Shown here: positions 32,719 through 34,421 of the stretch, one piece after another
Layout of the letters: every line of letters begins with the position of its first letter
How positions within the stretch are numbered: position 1 is the first letter of the stretch
Source: Octopus bimaculoides
Lineage: Eukaryota
Direction: 5' to 3'
Assembly (NCBI RefSeq): GCF_001194135.2
Contig: NC_068981.1
Span: 130,865,059 to 130,899,479, forward strand
Length of the DNA stretch: 34,421 nucleotides
The notes under the pieces: generated by a model
Database searches by the model: none
Told to the model about the DNA's origin: nothing
What the model saw: the letters and a program-made list of their open reading frames with translations, nothing else
Position numbers and translations under genes: made by a program

Positions 32719-32859
32719 ATTTTGCTAGTTGCATCCAGAAGTTATATTTTTTTTCTAGGACAAAATATTTAAAATCATACACACATAAAATAAAATGAAA
32801 TACTACACAATTAGAAAGAGGTGCCTACATGAACGATATGTTTTAACTAAACATCAATG

Positions 32860-32975
32860 AGGGTGGTGGGTGGCAAATTCCGCAATGGACAAAATATCTT
32901 GTGGTATCTAGTTAGGTCCTTTTACATTCTAAGTTCAAATTTTGCCGGAATCGACTTTGGTTTTCATCCTACAAT
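32860..32975 (+). mobile_element. SINE family A, degenerate
   Basis: gtggcaaa...ttacattctaagttcaaattttgccggaatcgactttggttttcatcct. Confidence 0.6.
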
Positions 32976-33770
32976 AGATCTATGTATAAAGAAATAGTTA
33001 AGTAACGTGACAAAGTCTAACGATTAAATCCCATTGAAAATTATGTATTGTTGTCAATAAATAGATAAATAAATAAAATTAAATTACATTAAATTAAATT
33101 AAGCGTCGTGGTTTCGGGAAAAATTTCTTTGCATTTTTCTCTACTTCAAAAGAGAAATTGTCTTAATATTCCATGTCGAAAAATGGTTAATCAAAAATGG
33201 CAAAATCGAGCTTCTAACAATGCTATATAATGTAAAGATCAAATTGGCAAACAAAAAAAAAAAAAAAAAAAAAAGAGAGAGAGAGAGAGAGAAAATAAAT
33301 AAAAATAGATCAGTATGTTATTTCTAGTTTTACCCCTTATCAACAGAATTCCGAGGGAAAAGCAAAAGAATAAAAAAGGGAAAAGTAAAAATAAAAAAAG
33401 CAAAAAAGAAAAGTATTACAAAATCACAAAGCTTAATTGATAAACACTTTCTAAGAGTTGGACATCTCTAATTCAAACTCATCGGCCAAGTTTTCTATTA
33501 TTTGCCAAGGTTTTCTGGGGAAAATAGATTTCTGGACATTTCTAAATAGAGTTTACAAGTACATTTTCGTGCCGAACAAATACGAATATTCCTATAAAAT
33601 AGCTACGCATATTTTGTACATTGAAATACATTGAAAACGTTTTATCACATTAGTATGGACCAGCAAATCTTTGTAAATTCTGATTCTATTTTCACTGTAG
33701 TGGTTTCCCCAGAAATTGATTCATATGTTTCATTCATTCTTTAACTTACACAGTGTGTCAGCAATTTTCT

Positions 33771-34283
33771 ACTTTCGAAGTTATCTATCAAACTTTGCAT
33801 TATAGTTTCCACCATTGCTTAAAAACCATTCTGTAGTAGTTCCTCGTGCAGTTAGACATAACAGACAAATCTCACTCAAATTGCACGCCCACTGTCTTAA
33901 AAAAAACGCAAGAATACATTGAATAGTGTATTAGATACATAAAAAGACTTTCTAAGTTATCTACCAATCTTTGCATTACAGATTTCGCCATTTCCTGGAA
34001 AGCTCTCTGTAGTTACTTGCACTGCTAGAAATAGCAGACAAACCTCATTCAATGTGCTCCCAACTGTCTTAAAAACGTAAGAACAGATTAAATAATATAA
34101 TGTAGATATACTAGAAGATTTCAGAGTGGTTAACTTTCAATGTTTGCATTTCAGATTTCTTAGAAAGCTATCTATAGTTACTTACACTGTAGGAAATAGC
34201 AGACAAACCTCACTCAATTTGCACCATACCGTCTTAAAAAGTGAAGCACGCATTGAATGGTATCGTATGGAATATAAAAAAAA
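33771..34283 (+). repeat. Diverged tandem array of 3 x ~170-bp units
   Basis: cagacaaa at 33862, 34035 and 34200 (periods 173 and 165 bp); tttgcatt, gtcttaaaaa and ctcaat recur in each unit. Confidence 0.88.
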
Positions 34284-34284
34284 T

Positions 34285-34351
34285 CATCGCTAGCTGTCAA
34301 GTGGTGGTAGGGACAAGCACAAAAATTAGCACACAGAAATACACGCGCACG

Positions 34352-34421
<70 letters not shown>
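34285..34421 (-). mobile_element. SINE family B middle fragment with (CA)n running off the right edge
   Basis: gtcaagtggtggtagggacaagcac followed by (CA)n, the same junction as in other B copies. Confidence 0.65.

Overview
AT-rich, repeat-dense animal DNA from a draft assembly with 7 N-gaps. The SINE families and microsatellite load resemble an octopus/coleoid genome (recognition from memory, not a search). I find no intact host protein-coding gene, rRNA, true tRNA gene or CRISPR array; almost all listed ORFs are microsatellite, gap or antisense artefacts. The window is a graveyard of transposable elements. It holds about 25 copies or fragments of tRNA-derived SINEs (called A, B and D here), two mariner remnants (one with both TIRs and TA TSDs), a pogo/Tigger transposase remnant, a Tigger-type MITE with an internal 30-bp array and a hAT-type MITE. 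It also holds an internally deleted Ty3/Gypsy element, the 3' end of a CRE-clade retrotransposon, the 5' end of a probable L1/Tx1-like LINE fused to a SINE head, and four R4/Dong-clade pieces stacked in and beside one (AAT)n/(GAT)n tract. The most interesting signals are a degenerate minimal type I hammerhead ribozyme in a Penelope-like 270-bp repeat (12.6-13.0 kb), the R4/Dong stack (24.9-27.3 kb), repeated SINE junctions at the tRNA D-loop, and the SINE-head/LINE fusion at the left edge. All family assignments rest on manual translation and remembered motifs, and boundaries are approximate unless stated.
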